Positions 10,161 through 19,185 of a stretch of DNA of 64,000 bases are shown piece by piece. The notes under the pieces are model-generated. The model was not told the origin of the DNA. It did not search any database and worked only from the letters and a program-made list of their open reading frames with translations. The stretch is from an uncultured Nitrospinota bacterium (GTDB taxonomy: Bacteria > Tectomicrobia > Entotheonellia > J063 > CAVPRW01), in contig CAVPRW010000042.1 of assembly GCA_963707985.1 (NCBI GenBank), forward strand, positions 1 to 64,000, read 5' to 3'. Position 1 is the first letter of the stretch. Each line of letters opens with the position of its first letter. A program made the position numbers and the translations under genes.

Positions 10161-11294
10161 CTAGCGACGGTCCTTCATGGGCACATACGGCACGTCCATG
10201 GGGCCAACATACTCGGTGAGCGGTCGCAGCAGAATGTTATCGGCAAACTGTTCCATGACTTGCAACGTCCAACCAGGCACACGGCCCATGGCGAAGATCG
10301 GGATGAACAGATCTTCGGCGACGCCGAGCAGATGGTAGACCGAACCCGCGTAGAAATCGACATTGACACAAATCCCCTTGGCCGCATAGGGCTGCATCGC
10401 CCGTTCCAGCTCCTCGAGGATCTGATACCAACGTGGCTCACCCTTGCGCTCCGCCAACCATTTGGAGCGGTCCCGCATATGCCGTGCGCGTGGATCTTCA
10501 GCGCGGTACACCCGGTGACCGAAGCCCATAATGCGTCCGCCACTTTCCAGCAAGCCGCGGGCGTAATCCGAGGCGCGTTCAGGGGTACCGATCTCCAGCG
10601 CCATCTTCATCACCGCCTCGGCGGCACCCCCATGCCAGGGGCCTTTGAGCGTCGCGACGCCAGAGGTGACAGCACAGTGCAGATCGGCCAGAGTAGACGC
10701 CGTGACTCGAGCCGCAAAGGCCGAGGCATTCGAACCGTGCTCGGCGTGTAGCACAAAATCGAGGTCAATCAGCTTGGCTTCTTCCGGGTCTGGCTCTTTG
10801 CCAAAGAGCATGTACAGAAAGTTCGCGGCATGGCCGAGTTGGGGATTGGAGTCCACGGCCTCCTTGCCCTGGCGGATGCGGTCGTGAGCGGCCACGATGG
10901 TAGGGGCCTGGGCGGTCAGACGGATACCCTTGCGGAGGGTTGCCTCCTTCGAGTTGTCGGCCGTATCGGGGTCAAAGGCGGCAAGGGCCGAAATGGCCGT
11001 GCGCAAGACATCCATCGGATGGGATGCCTTAACGATCTCGATGACCTGCAGCAACTCACGCGGCAGCGTGCGATTGGCGCGCAACTGGGCGTCGAAATCC
11101 GAGAGTTCCTTGGCCGTAGGGAGCTTGCCATATAACAGCAGATACACCGTTTCCTCAAAGGTGGAATTGCGGGCCATATCGTCGATGTTGTAGCCGCGAT
11201 ACAGGAGCTTGCCGATGTTCCCATCGATGAAGCTCGCCTCACTCGTGGCAAAATATACGTCCTTAAGCCCGCGTTTGATTTCGATATCACTCAT
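10161..11294 (-). CDS. Citrate/2-methylcitrate synthase (type I)
   Basis: LLYRGY, HAEHGSNAS, GPWHGGA, GFGHRVY...DPRA, NVDFY. Confidence 0.95.
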   Translation of the reverse strand: MSDIEIKRGLKDVYFATSEASFIDGNIGKLLYRGYNIDDMARNSTFEETVYLLLYGKLPTAKELSDFDAQLRANRTLPRELLQVIEIVKASHPMDVLRTAISALAAFDPDTADNSKEATLRKGIRLTAQAPTIVAAHDRIRQGKEAVDSNPQLGHAANFLYMLFGKEPDPEEAKLIDLDFVLHAEHGSNASAFAARVTASTLADLHCAVTSGVATLKGPWHGGAAEAVMKMALEIGTPERASDYARGLLESGGRIMGFGHRVYRAEDPRARHMRDRSKWLAERKGEPRWYQILEELERAMQPYAAKGICVNVDFYAGSVYHLLGVAEDLFIPIFAMGRVPGWTLQVMEQFADNILLRPLTEYVGPMDVPYVPMKDRR

Positions 11295-11665
11295 ACATCG
11301 TTCTCCCCCACACAGTGGTGCTGATGAGTCACGCCGGTGACGCTGCCCCGGCCTCTCTCGCGCGTGCTCGCTGGCCAGTCAGTGCGTCTGTCAAAAGCTC
11401 ATAATAGCTCGTTTTTCACGACCATGATACCCAAAATCGCCCCTATTGTGCGAAGGAGTGACAGTGCTGTCAACAGAAATTGCGGTGGAGGTGCGCCTGC
11501 CGTGGCAGGGGTGGCCTTCCGCGCTTCCATGGGGTTCCCTGTAAACGCAGTGACGCGAGGAATAGCCCCAAGAGCCTGCGCTGTGGGCCGTCCGAACTGT
11601 GTGTTGAAGCCAAGGGGACCTGGCGAGTGCGAACGTTCCTCCCCGTGATCGCCAGGGTGCGCGGT

Positions 11666-13264
11666 CTACTTGGCGAGGAATGCCTTGGCAGACGTGAGCT
11701 CAGGCCGCTCGGTGTCAGCTTGGTCACCAAGCGCCACAAGCTTCGCATAGAACGCCTTCGCCTTCTCGCGATCGCCCGCCAGCTCGGCGGCTCGGGCGGC
11801 ACCGGAGAAGGAGCGGAAGCGGTTCGGCACCCGCTGGAGCGAGGCCTCGAACTCCCCGAGCGCCGCGGCCGGCTCGTTCCCTTCCAGGAGCAGCTCTCCC
11901 AGGAGCTCGCGCATCGGCACCAGCCGGTTCTCCATGGCGATGTGCTTCTCGCTGGCGTCCTCCAGGTCGGTGGCCGAGCGCATGGCGCCGACGGCCTCGG
12001 CCTGCCGTCCCTCACCGAGGGACACCCAGGCGGCGGCTGCCCGGCGCTGGATCTCGACCTGCTCCGCCCAGTAAGCGTTCTTTGCCTGGCTGAGGGCGTC
12101 GTGAAGCGCCTGAAGCTTCTCGACGTCACGGCGGGCACTGACTAGGTCTCCGCCTCGCGCCGCCCCGAGCGCCCGACCGAAATACACGATCGCCTCCGCC
12201 TGCGGGAAGCTGAGGCCCCGCGGCTCCAGCGCCGCCGCTTCGGCCCAGCGGCCACGCTCGATGGCGTACCGGACCGGGATCGCCGCAAAGGCGGTCTCGT
12301 TTGGCAGCCGTACGGGGACGAGCTTCTCGATCGTGTTGCGCTCGTCAACGATGCGCTTGGCCGCGCCGTCCTGCGCCAGCTGCAGGTGCGCGTGGATCCG
12401 GAAGTCCTGCTGGTGTAGCCAGAGGGTCTGGCCTGGGAGGTTCTTCGCAGCGTACGCCTTGGTGGCCGCCTCGGCAGCTCTGTTCGACGTGATCACATCG
12501 TGCCACAGGCCGAGCACTGTGAAGATGTGTGAGGGCATGTGGAGCGCGTGCGGCGCTGAGGGTGCGATGGCCGCATAATGCCGCGCGGCTGGCAGCGCAC
12601 GCGCTGCCAGGGGCTCGTAGTCGTAGCTGTGGATGATGTAGTGTGCCACGCCCGGATGGTCCGGCTGCTGGGCGAACACCTGCTCGAGCATGGCGCCCGC
12701 CTTGAGCTGCCGCGCGTAGGTCTTGTCCGAGTGCTCGGTCGCCTCGTTGAGGGCGAGGGCATAGAAAATCGTGGCCTCGCTGTCGTCCGGGTACCGCAGG
12801 GATAGTTGCTCCATGGCTTTCTCGTAGGCGAGGACACGCATCTGATGGTCGACCGTGTCGAGGTCGCGATAGTACGTGTCGAGTGCGGCGATCCAATCCC
12901 GCTCGCGCTGGGTCGGAGCACTGGCGGCCTTGGCCTTCTCGATGGCCTCCCCCCCTTGCTTCAGGGTCGCGACATTGACCGGGATCAGGGGGTTTTGTCG
13001 GATGCTCATCGCCAGGCCCCAGTACGCCATGGCGCAGCCCGGCTCGGTCTCAGTAATAGCGGTGAACGCTTTCACGGTCTCGGGGTAGAAGAACGAGTGT
13101 AGCAAAGCCATGGCCCGGTCGAACTGGGCTTGCGCCGCGGGACTGCACGACACCGGAAAATGCACCTTCCCGAGCTGCTCTTGCGCCGCAGGGCTTCCGA
13201 TCACGAGGGTTCCATACAGCCAAGCTACAAGGCCCAACACTCTCACCATCGTGTGACGTCTCAT
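11666..13264 (-). CDS. Secreted TPR-repeat protein
   Basis: Signal peptide, LGKVHFPVSC, HPGVAHYIIH, APHALHMPSHIF, TPR-like helices. Confidence 0.8.
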   Translation of the reverse strand: MRRHTMVRVLGLVAWLYGTLVIGSPAAQEQLGKVHFPVSCSPAAQAQFDRAMALLHSFFYPETVKAFTAITETEPGCAMAYWGLAMSIRQNPLIPVNVATLKQGGEAIEKAKAASAPTQRERDWIAALDTYYRDLDTVDHQMRVLAYEKAMEQLSLRYPDDSEATIFYALALNEATEHSDKTYARQLKAGAMLEQVFAQQPDHPGVAHYIIHSYDYEPLAARALPAARHYAAIAPSAPHALHMPSHIFTVLGLWHDVITSNRAAEAATKAYAAKNLPGQTLWLHQQDFRIHAHLQLAQDGAAKRIVDERNTIEKLVPVRLPNETAFAAIPVRYAIERGRWAEAAALEPRGLSFPQAEAIVYFGRALGAARGGDLVSARRDVEKLQALHDALSQAKNAYWAEQVEIQRRAAAAWVSLGEGRQAEAVGAMRSATDLEDASEKHIAMENRLVPMRELLGELLLEGNEPAAALGEFEASLQRVPNRFRSFSGAARAAELAGDREKAKAFYAKLVALGDQADTERPELTSAKAFLAK

Positions 13265-13452
13265 GCCAAGCCTCCTTCTGATGTGCGCGGCCCTGAGGGG
13301 ATGCGCGCCTACGGGTCGGGTACTCACGGCGGGCAAGCCCAGCCCGCCCGCCACCGATCACGGCGACCTCGACGTGTTCAGCTGCCGCAGCGGTAGGACA
13401 AGCACTGCCGATGCCACGGAGCCGGGATGTCGTGCAGGCGGGTCCGGAGCCA

Positions 13453-14263
13453 CTACCGACGCCGACATTGGACAATACGCCAATAGGTGATGTTGCGGAC
13501 GCCCCCCTGGTTGACAAGCTGTGCGACGCCAGCTGCCTCTAGCACCGCCTCCATGAAGTGCGTGCCGCAGGATTGCAGGGCTCCACGCGCATTGTCGAAG
13601 TCCAGCACATAGGCATCGGCATGATCCACGTCGGTAAACGCATAGTGCGTCTGGGCAGTAATGGGGTTTCTCGGCTCGCTGACAATGCCCACCCAGGCAT
13701 CCTCGAACCGCTGGTCGCGCCAGGCTTGCATCTCATCGTCGCCGTCGGGCGCACCATCCAGGTAGGCAATGGGCATCTGCACTGAAATGTCGAGCTCGGC
13801 AGCCGATTCGTCGACCTCATAGACGGCGACACTCCAGGGCGGACGGCCCTTGATGATGTTGGTCAGGCAATCCAGCCGGACCACGGAGCGGCGATCGGCC
13901 AGCCTCAGCCGCAGCTGTTTCCTGCTGGGACTTCGGGCCACGGCCTCATTAATAGGTGATCTCACAGGCATCGAGGCCGACATCGACGACAGAGAACCAT
14001 TGTTCCGGTGCGATCAGCGAGGCGGGAACAGGGCGATCAGCAGGGTGGATGCTCAGCAACACCCCCTGCACGGAAGGCACCTGGCCATCTTGCATCTGGA
14101 CATGCTGCACGCGGTTCTGAGTATACTGCAGGTCCAGTGTGGCCCGAAATGACGCTTCTGTCGCCGCCCATACCCCAACCATCGGCGCTGAGCGCATGGT
14201 GGCGGCTTCGACCCATAGCCCCGATGCTAAACTGACGAAGAGCCAACAATAGACGAATTTCAT
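13453..14263 (-). CDS. Hypothetical secreted protein, split near 13950-13980
   Basis: MKFVYCWLFVSLASGLWVEA signal-like start; two overlapping ORFs; lies downstream of a sigma54-type promoter. Confidence 0.4.
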
Positions 14264-14347
14264 GGCGATCTCCAGGGTTAGATAGTGCCCACGCGCGCAA
14301 GAGTGAAAAAAACTCCCTCCTCTGTCATGAGACATCCCGTTCCCTGA

Positions 14348-14362
14348 GCAAGCGCGATGCCG
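14348..14362 (-). promoter_or_regulatory. Sigma54 -24/-12 promoter candidate
   Basis: CGGCATC-GCGC-TTGC (GG-N10-GC) on the minus strand; homologous copy at 18993-19007. Confidence 0.55.
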
Positions 14363-14448
14363 GGCACCAGCCATCGGCGGGATGCGCTTGTGACTCAAGG
14401 ATTTCCGCTTGTCAGGAGGCTATGGGAGGGCCTACAATGCGACCAGGA

Positions 14449-14490
14449 CAGCAATTGGCTGCGCCAGCCAGCAATTGGCTGCGCCAGCCA
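14449..14490. repeat. Perfect 2 x 20-bp tandem repeat (GCAATTGGCTGCGCCAGCCA), putative enhancer
   Basis: Seen directly; second copy at 19099-19135. Confidence 0.8.
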
Positions 14491-14541
14491 CCGCTGACGA
14501 CTACCGACGTCAGGCATTCGGGACCGAAAGCAGGAGCGGCT

Positions 14542-14711
14542 ATGGCGCGCACAGCGGCTTTGTCCGTCCATCCCACGGATCGGCTGGTGCGGCACACTCC
14601 GGCCATCCAGGCGTTGCGTCGCGCAGATCCGCCGCCATCGCGCTGTACCAGGCCATGGAGATGACCTTCTGGCTGCCCCAGGCGGAGGCGGCGCTGGCGC
14701 AGGTCGTGTGA
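14542..14711 (+). pseudogene. Internally deleted paralog of the 19186-23540 gene (N- and C-terminal ends fused)
   Basis: 5' part matches 19186-19280, 3' part matches 23428-23500. Confidence 0.85.
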
Positions 14712-14844
14712 AGGGCAAGCCGTGCGGAATGGGCGAGAGTCGTGGTGGCGCGAGTGGGTTATGATAATAATGGGTTCGTCGTATCCTGAAACTTATGCCT
14801 GACCCGCAAATTGACCACGATGCGTCGACAGGAGAAAGTCAGCT

Positions 14845-15078
14845 ATGGGATACAGATACAACAGATATAAAGGATACATCCAGGGGAATGTCGTCATCCT
14901 TCAGGAACCCCTCCCAGTGCCAAACGGGACTGAGGTGGAAATCTTCGTACCACAACGCAAGGGCAAACAGCGTACAGCCCACAAGAAGCCATGTGTGGTG
15001 AACGAGACCTTTGGTCTCATTCCCGCCGATGTTGCAACCGTCCGGGCCGTGCTTGAGGAAGATTTGTATGCAACTTGA
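14845..15078 (+). CDS. Putative antitoxin (AF2212/DUF104-like)
   Basis: YKGYIQGNVVILQEPLPVPNGTEVEI; overlaps the PIN gene start. Confidence 0.65.
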   Translation: MGYRYNRYKGYIQGNVVILQEPLPVPNGTEVEIFVPQRKGKQRTAHKKPCVVNETFGLIPADVATVRAVLEEDLYAT

Positions 15079-15568
15079 GGACGTCCCGGATGGGGAGCGG
15101 CTCTTCGTGGATGCCAATATCCTGATCTATCATTTCTCTGGGATATTATCCACCTGTCGGACGTTCCTCCAACGGTGCGAATCCAAGCGGGTGGAAGCAT
15201 TTACCGGCGTCCATATCTGACTTGAGGGCGCACACCGCTTGATGATGCTAGAGGCGTTGCACAAGGGGTTGATCTCAGGAGGCCAACTGGCGCATAGGCT
15301 GAAGGAGCACCCTGAGATCGTCAGGAGCTTGAGGGAGTATAATCGATCAATCCGACAGGTTCCTCGCCTGGGGATCCGTGTGAGGCCAATCACCTCGGCC
15401 ATTGTCAGGGCCAGCGAAGCTGTACGTGCGCAAGAAGGCCTACTGACCAATAATTCGATCACGGTTGCTCTGATGCAGAGGCTAGGGTTGCCCGCTGTCG
15501 CAACGTATGATGCAGATCTCGAAGGGGCCAGAAACCTCCGAATCTACCAACCCAGCGACATTCCCTGA
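15068..15568 (+). pseudogene. PIN-domain (VapC-like) toxin with in-frame TGA at 15218-15220
   Basis: LFVDANILIY, LLTNNS, ATYDADL; same frame on both sides of the stop. Confidence 0.8.
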
Positions 15569-15646
15569 AGGCCATCGACAAGTTGGACGTCACGGTGCAT
15601 GAGTTGGGACACTGTTGTTAGGCCGCAAGTTCATCAGGAGGAAGCG

Positions 15647-16093
15647 ATGAAGACCCTGAGCCGAGTTGCATGCGCTACCGTTCTCGCGCTGCTCATCACT
15701 GTCGCCGCGCACGCCGACCCGCTGCAGCCAATGCGGGTGACGCCGGATGAGCTCACATGGAAGCCCACTCCGGGGGGGAACCAGCGAGCGATGCTTGCCG
15801 GTGATCCTCAGAAGGCCGGGCTCTACATCTACCATACGCGGTATTCGACGGGCTTCCGGAACCAGCCGCATTTCCACCCCGACGAGCGGATCGTGACCAT
15901 TCTTTCAGGCACGCTCCTCGTGGGCTACGGCGAGCAATTCGACGAGAGCAAGATGAAGGCGTTGCCAGCTGGTAGCGTCTTCACCGAGCCTTCGAAGCAG
16001 CTGCATTTTGTCTGGGCCAAGGACGGGGAGGTAGTCATCCAAGTGATCGGCCACGGCCCCTCGGCCACGACGCCGGTCGTGACTGGCCGATGA
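15647..16093 (+). CDS. Secreted cupin-domain protein
   Basis: Signal peptide; PHFHPDE and LPAGSVFTEP..LHF cupin motifs; AGGAGG RBS. Confidence 0.85.
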   Translation: MKTLSRVACATVLALLITVAAHADPLQPMRVTPDELTWKPTPGGNQRAMLAGDPQKAGLYIYHTRYSTGFRNQPHFHPDERIVTILSGTLLVGYGEQFDESKMKALPAGSVFTEPSKQLHFVWAKDGEVVIQVIGHGPSATTPVVTGR

Positions 16094-16159
16094 GCTCAGT
16101 GAGCGGCCCGGACGGCCTCGACAGGCGCGGCTGAAGCTCCGCGTCAGGCACCAATTTGT

Positions 16160-16728
16160 GTGGCTGGAAACCCATATCCCCATGCACAAAGGCGTGTTGT
16201 CGAAATGGCTTCAGCAGTGGCTTTATCGACCACGGCACCCTGTTTGCGACCACGGCGGGTGTCCCACAAGGGGGCCTTAGCTCACCGGTGGTCAGCAATC
16301 TGGTGTGGGATGGACTTGAAGCTGTTGTGCACAACGGCAGCGGGCACCGCCGAGTCCACCACATCAACGACGTGTGATGGGCCGACGACTGCATCGTCAC
16401 CGCCACCTCGCGACAGGTCTTGGAAGATACTGTCCTGCCGCGGATTAACGCCTTTCTTGCAGAACGGGGCGTCAGGCTGTCACCGACGAAGACCGTCATC
16501 ACCCCGATCATACAGGATTTCGACTTCTTAGGGCAGACGCTCCGCAAATATGAGCGACCCAATGGCCAACTGGGCAAGCTCCACATTACGCCCAGCAAGG
16601 TCAGCTTCCGGGCACTCAAGGCGAGGGTCACAGCCCAGCGTTGGTCATGCTTGCGCGGAGTGCCGGGAAACTGGCCCGCTCCGTCTCTGAGGGGGCCGGG
16701 TGGACGCGAGCCCACCTGGCTACCCGGC
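16160..16728 (+). mobile_element. 5'-truncated group II intron remnant (RT4-7 plus domains V/VI)
   Basis: GVPQGG, *WADD, FDFLG; DV-like gcggagtgccgggaaactggcccgctccgt and DVI hairpin ending ctacccggc. Confidence 0.8.
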
Positions 16729-16755
16729 GTGCGCGCCGAGGCTTCTTGAGGTACC

Positions 16756-17490
16756 TAAGTACAGCTCCACGCAAGCGGGTGTCCAATTGTAGGCCGCTGC
16801 TGGCATGCCCTCAGCCATCACCCTCGCAACCGACTTCGGGGTCCAATGGAAGGGATGTGCGACGTCGTTCCATACAGCTATGAACTGCAGGAGCTTCGCC
16901 TCCAGGTCGGCCGTTGCCGCCAAGTCCACGAGGCGCCGCCGCCTACAGTGGAGGATCGAGAACCATTGCTCGACTTGATTGCGCCCGGAACAAGGCACCG
17001 GCGTGAAGTGGACGACGAACCGCGGATGCGCCTTCAACCATGCGTGTACCGCTTTGCTCGTGTGCGCGCGGGCGTTATCGCCGACGAGATGCATCGTCTT
17101 GATCGGGGCCGGCATCGCCATCTCCAGGTACGCTAAGAACGCGATGAACTCCCGCCGCCGCTTGCGCTCGTAGCCCTTTCCATAGACGTGCCCCATGCGC
17201 GTGTCGAAGGCGGCGAAGCGATGCAGCGCCCCCGTCCGCCGATACTCGTGCTCCACCTGACATGGGCGGCCGGGTGGGGCGGGCCGCGTCGCGGGGCGGC
17301 GCGGACGGGGTTGCCGGGAGGTCTTCTCAGCGAGAGACGAGACCATTGCATCGGCCCGCAGCCGCCGCGTATACAGCTCCACCACCTCGGCGACCCGGGC
17401 CAGAACTCAGCGTCCCACGGGGTCTGGGGAGACAGCCACCCATGGTGCCGCCAGGGCTGCAGTATGTGATGTGCGAGTGATCCAGGCGCC
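16756..17490 (-). mobile_element. IS630-family transposase remnant
   Basis: EHEYRRTG, HLVGDN, HFTP...NQVEQWFSIL; degenerate. Confidence 0.8.
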
Positions 17491-17509
17491 CCGTCTCGGG
17501 AGACCTGTG

Positions 17510-17595
17510 CTCGACAGAGATTGAGGCGCTGCCGCTGGCGCGGCAGCACAAGCTCCTCGCCGCCATCGAGGCCAAGCGCATCCGACGCCTGGGGA
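17510..17595 (+). pseudogene. Third fragment of the sigma54 AAA+ domain
   Basis: EIEALPLARQHKLLAAIEAKRIRRLG matches 19550-19630. Confidence 0.7.
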
Positions 17596-17653
17596 GGGAA
17601 AAAGCCGTAGGCTGGCCAAGTCCTCAATATGAGGGATCGGCTCTCTTTTCGCC

Positions 17654-18040
17654 TCAGGGTAAAACCTCTCTTCGCAATACTGTGATCAAACCATTCCAAT
17701 CGAAGGCGGTGGCAGGCTCAACTTCCCCTGTTGCCCTGTGGGTGTGAGAGGGAAACGTTGCTATGCCAGGGTGGTGAGGAGCAGTATCCCACCTTTGCAG
17801 CAGCGCCCCGTCGGCGCGCTGCCAGTGCAGGCTATAATCTTGAAGGCGAACGACTTCGCCCTCAGCGACGAGATAAACAAACACCTCAACAACGTCTTGT
17901 GATTGAAGGATCAGCCGCATCCGCAGGTATGCCCTGGTCGCCGTGGCCTCCTCTCCTCGGATGTGCACCTGCTGCACTGCAGGATGGGAGAGGACGAGCG
18001 TCTTGAGCTCATCGAGAAGTGTGCGAATCTGACGAGGCAT
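17654..18040 (-). CDS. DUF6516/TumE-like putative toxin
   Basis: YSLHWQ...RWDTAPHHP..TFPSHTH motif. Confidence 0.7.
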   Translation of the reverse strand: MPRQIRTLLDELKTLVLSHPAVQQVHIRGEEATATRAYLRMRLILQSQDVVEVFVYLVAEGEVVRLQDYSLHWQRADGALLQRWDTAPHHPGIATFPSHTHRATGEVEPATAFDWNGLITVLRREVLP

Positions 18041-18298
18041 GACTTATCGATTCCGCTTCGGCCAGCTGCTCTCTGAGTTCTTGGTGCATATCGACCAATG
18101 CGGACCACTCAAAAAAGTCCATCGCATCTCCCATCTTACCTTCCTTAAATTTCCTAGAAAATTCTGTGGTTTTCAGGTGGTATTGCGCTTCGAATGCGGT
18201 CAGTTTTTCCTGGGTCTCCGCCCCTGACGTCTCCGCAGTTTCTCTAGCTCATAGCTCAGGAGTTTTGAAACGGTCATTTCTATCACTTCATCTCCCAT
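18009..18298 (-). CDS. Cognate antitoxin-like protein (frameshift at GGGG ~18222-18225)
   Basis: GAGGGAGG RBS; LTAFEAQYHLKTTEFSRKFKEGKMGDAMDFFEWSAL; overlaps the toxin start. Confidence 0.65.
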
Positions 18299-18992
18299 CT
18301 CCTCCCTCTCTATCAGAGCTTGTAAGAGTTGCAGCTTCTTCAGGATTCTGTGCTGTCATGGCCATAACAGACCTCAATACCGCGATCGAATTTAAAACCC
18401 TTCAACCTCTTCGCTTTTGCCGTACATGCCTGCGTTAGATGGTTGGGGATGGACGTCGTCAGCCCCCTCGTAAACGCCTAAGTGGGTCACCCGTGCGAAA
18501 ATGGCCTGCATCCGCACGGAACGGAGGGCAGCGGTGACGGCGGCCTGTTCGGCTTCTGGCCCGGCGTTCTCCCATATCATCGGTGGTAATCCCGCGGCAG
18601 GAATGTCCGTGCGCTGCCCGCGTGGCTGCCACTGCTCGGACGCGTCCTCGCTATGCGATCACGAAATCGCCTTCGCATAGTTGAGCCTGTTGTCCCAACC
18701 CCTCGATAACGGGCATCTTATCTTGCCCCGGCGTCCGGGTCAAGCGCAGCTGTGGTCGAACTGGTTCTGGAATTTCAGGAATTCTGGCTTGAAGCTGGGA
18801 AGCGATTGGTCTCTCTTCAGCGGCAAGGGCTCAGCTTCACGCGCTAATTGCTGTGAAGGGGGGCAAAACAGCTCACATTCCACAGGCATCAGTCTGACCG
18901 CGGAGGCGCCTCGAGTAGCCTTGGGTGCGGGATATCATGTCCGGCGGCAGGTGCCGATTCCCCTGCAAAGACGATTTTTGAACACCCTCCAG

Positions 18993-19007
18993 GCACGAGC
19001 CATGCCA
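18993..19007 (-). promoter_or_regulatory. Sigma54 promoter candidate (degenerate -12)
   Basis: TGGCATG-GCTC-GTGC (GG-N10-GC); same position as the 14348 copy relative to the tandem repeat. Confidence 0.45.
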
Positions 19008-19185
19008 GGCACCGCCCATCAGCGCGAGGCGCTGGCGCCTCAAGGATTTCCGCTTGTCAGGAGGCCATGGGAGGGTCTCACAATGCGACCGATAAAACTG
19101 GCTGCGCCAGCCAGCAATTGGCTGCGCCAGCCAGCGATGACGACCACTGACGTGCAGGCATTCGGGACTGAAAGCAGGGGAGGTT

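Noticed and set aside
13310..13400. FAD-oxidoreductase gene (VAVIGGGRAGLA)
   Set aside because: Only a ~25-codon Rossmann scrap; not callable as a gene.
14449..14490. CRISPR array
   Set aside because: Only two abutting 20-bp units, no spacers and no cas genes; no array seen anywhere in the window.
15218..15220. Selenocysteine or readthrough TGA in the PIN gene (also 30947)
   Set aside because: The position corresponds to Leu, not Cys, and fits TTA>TGA of the local mutation pattern.
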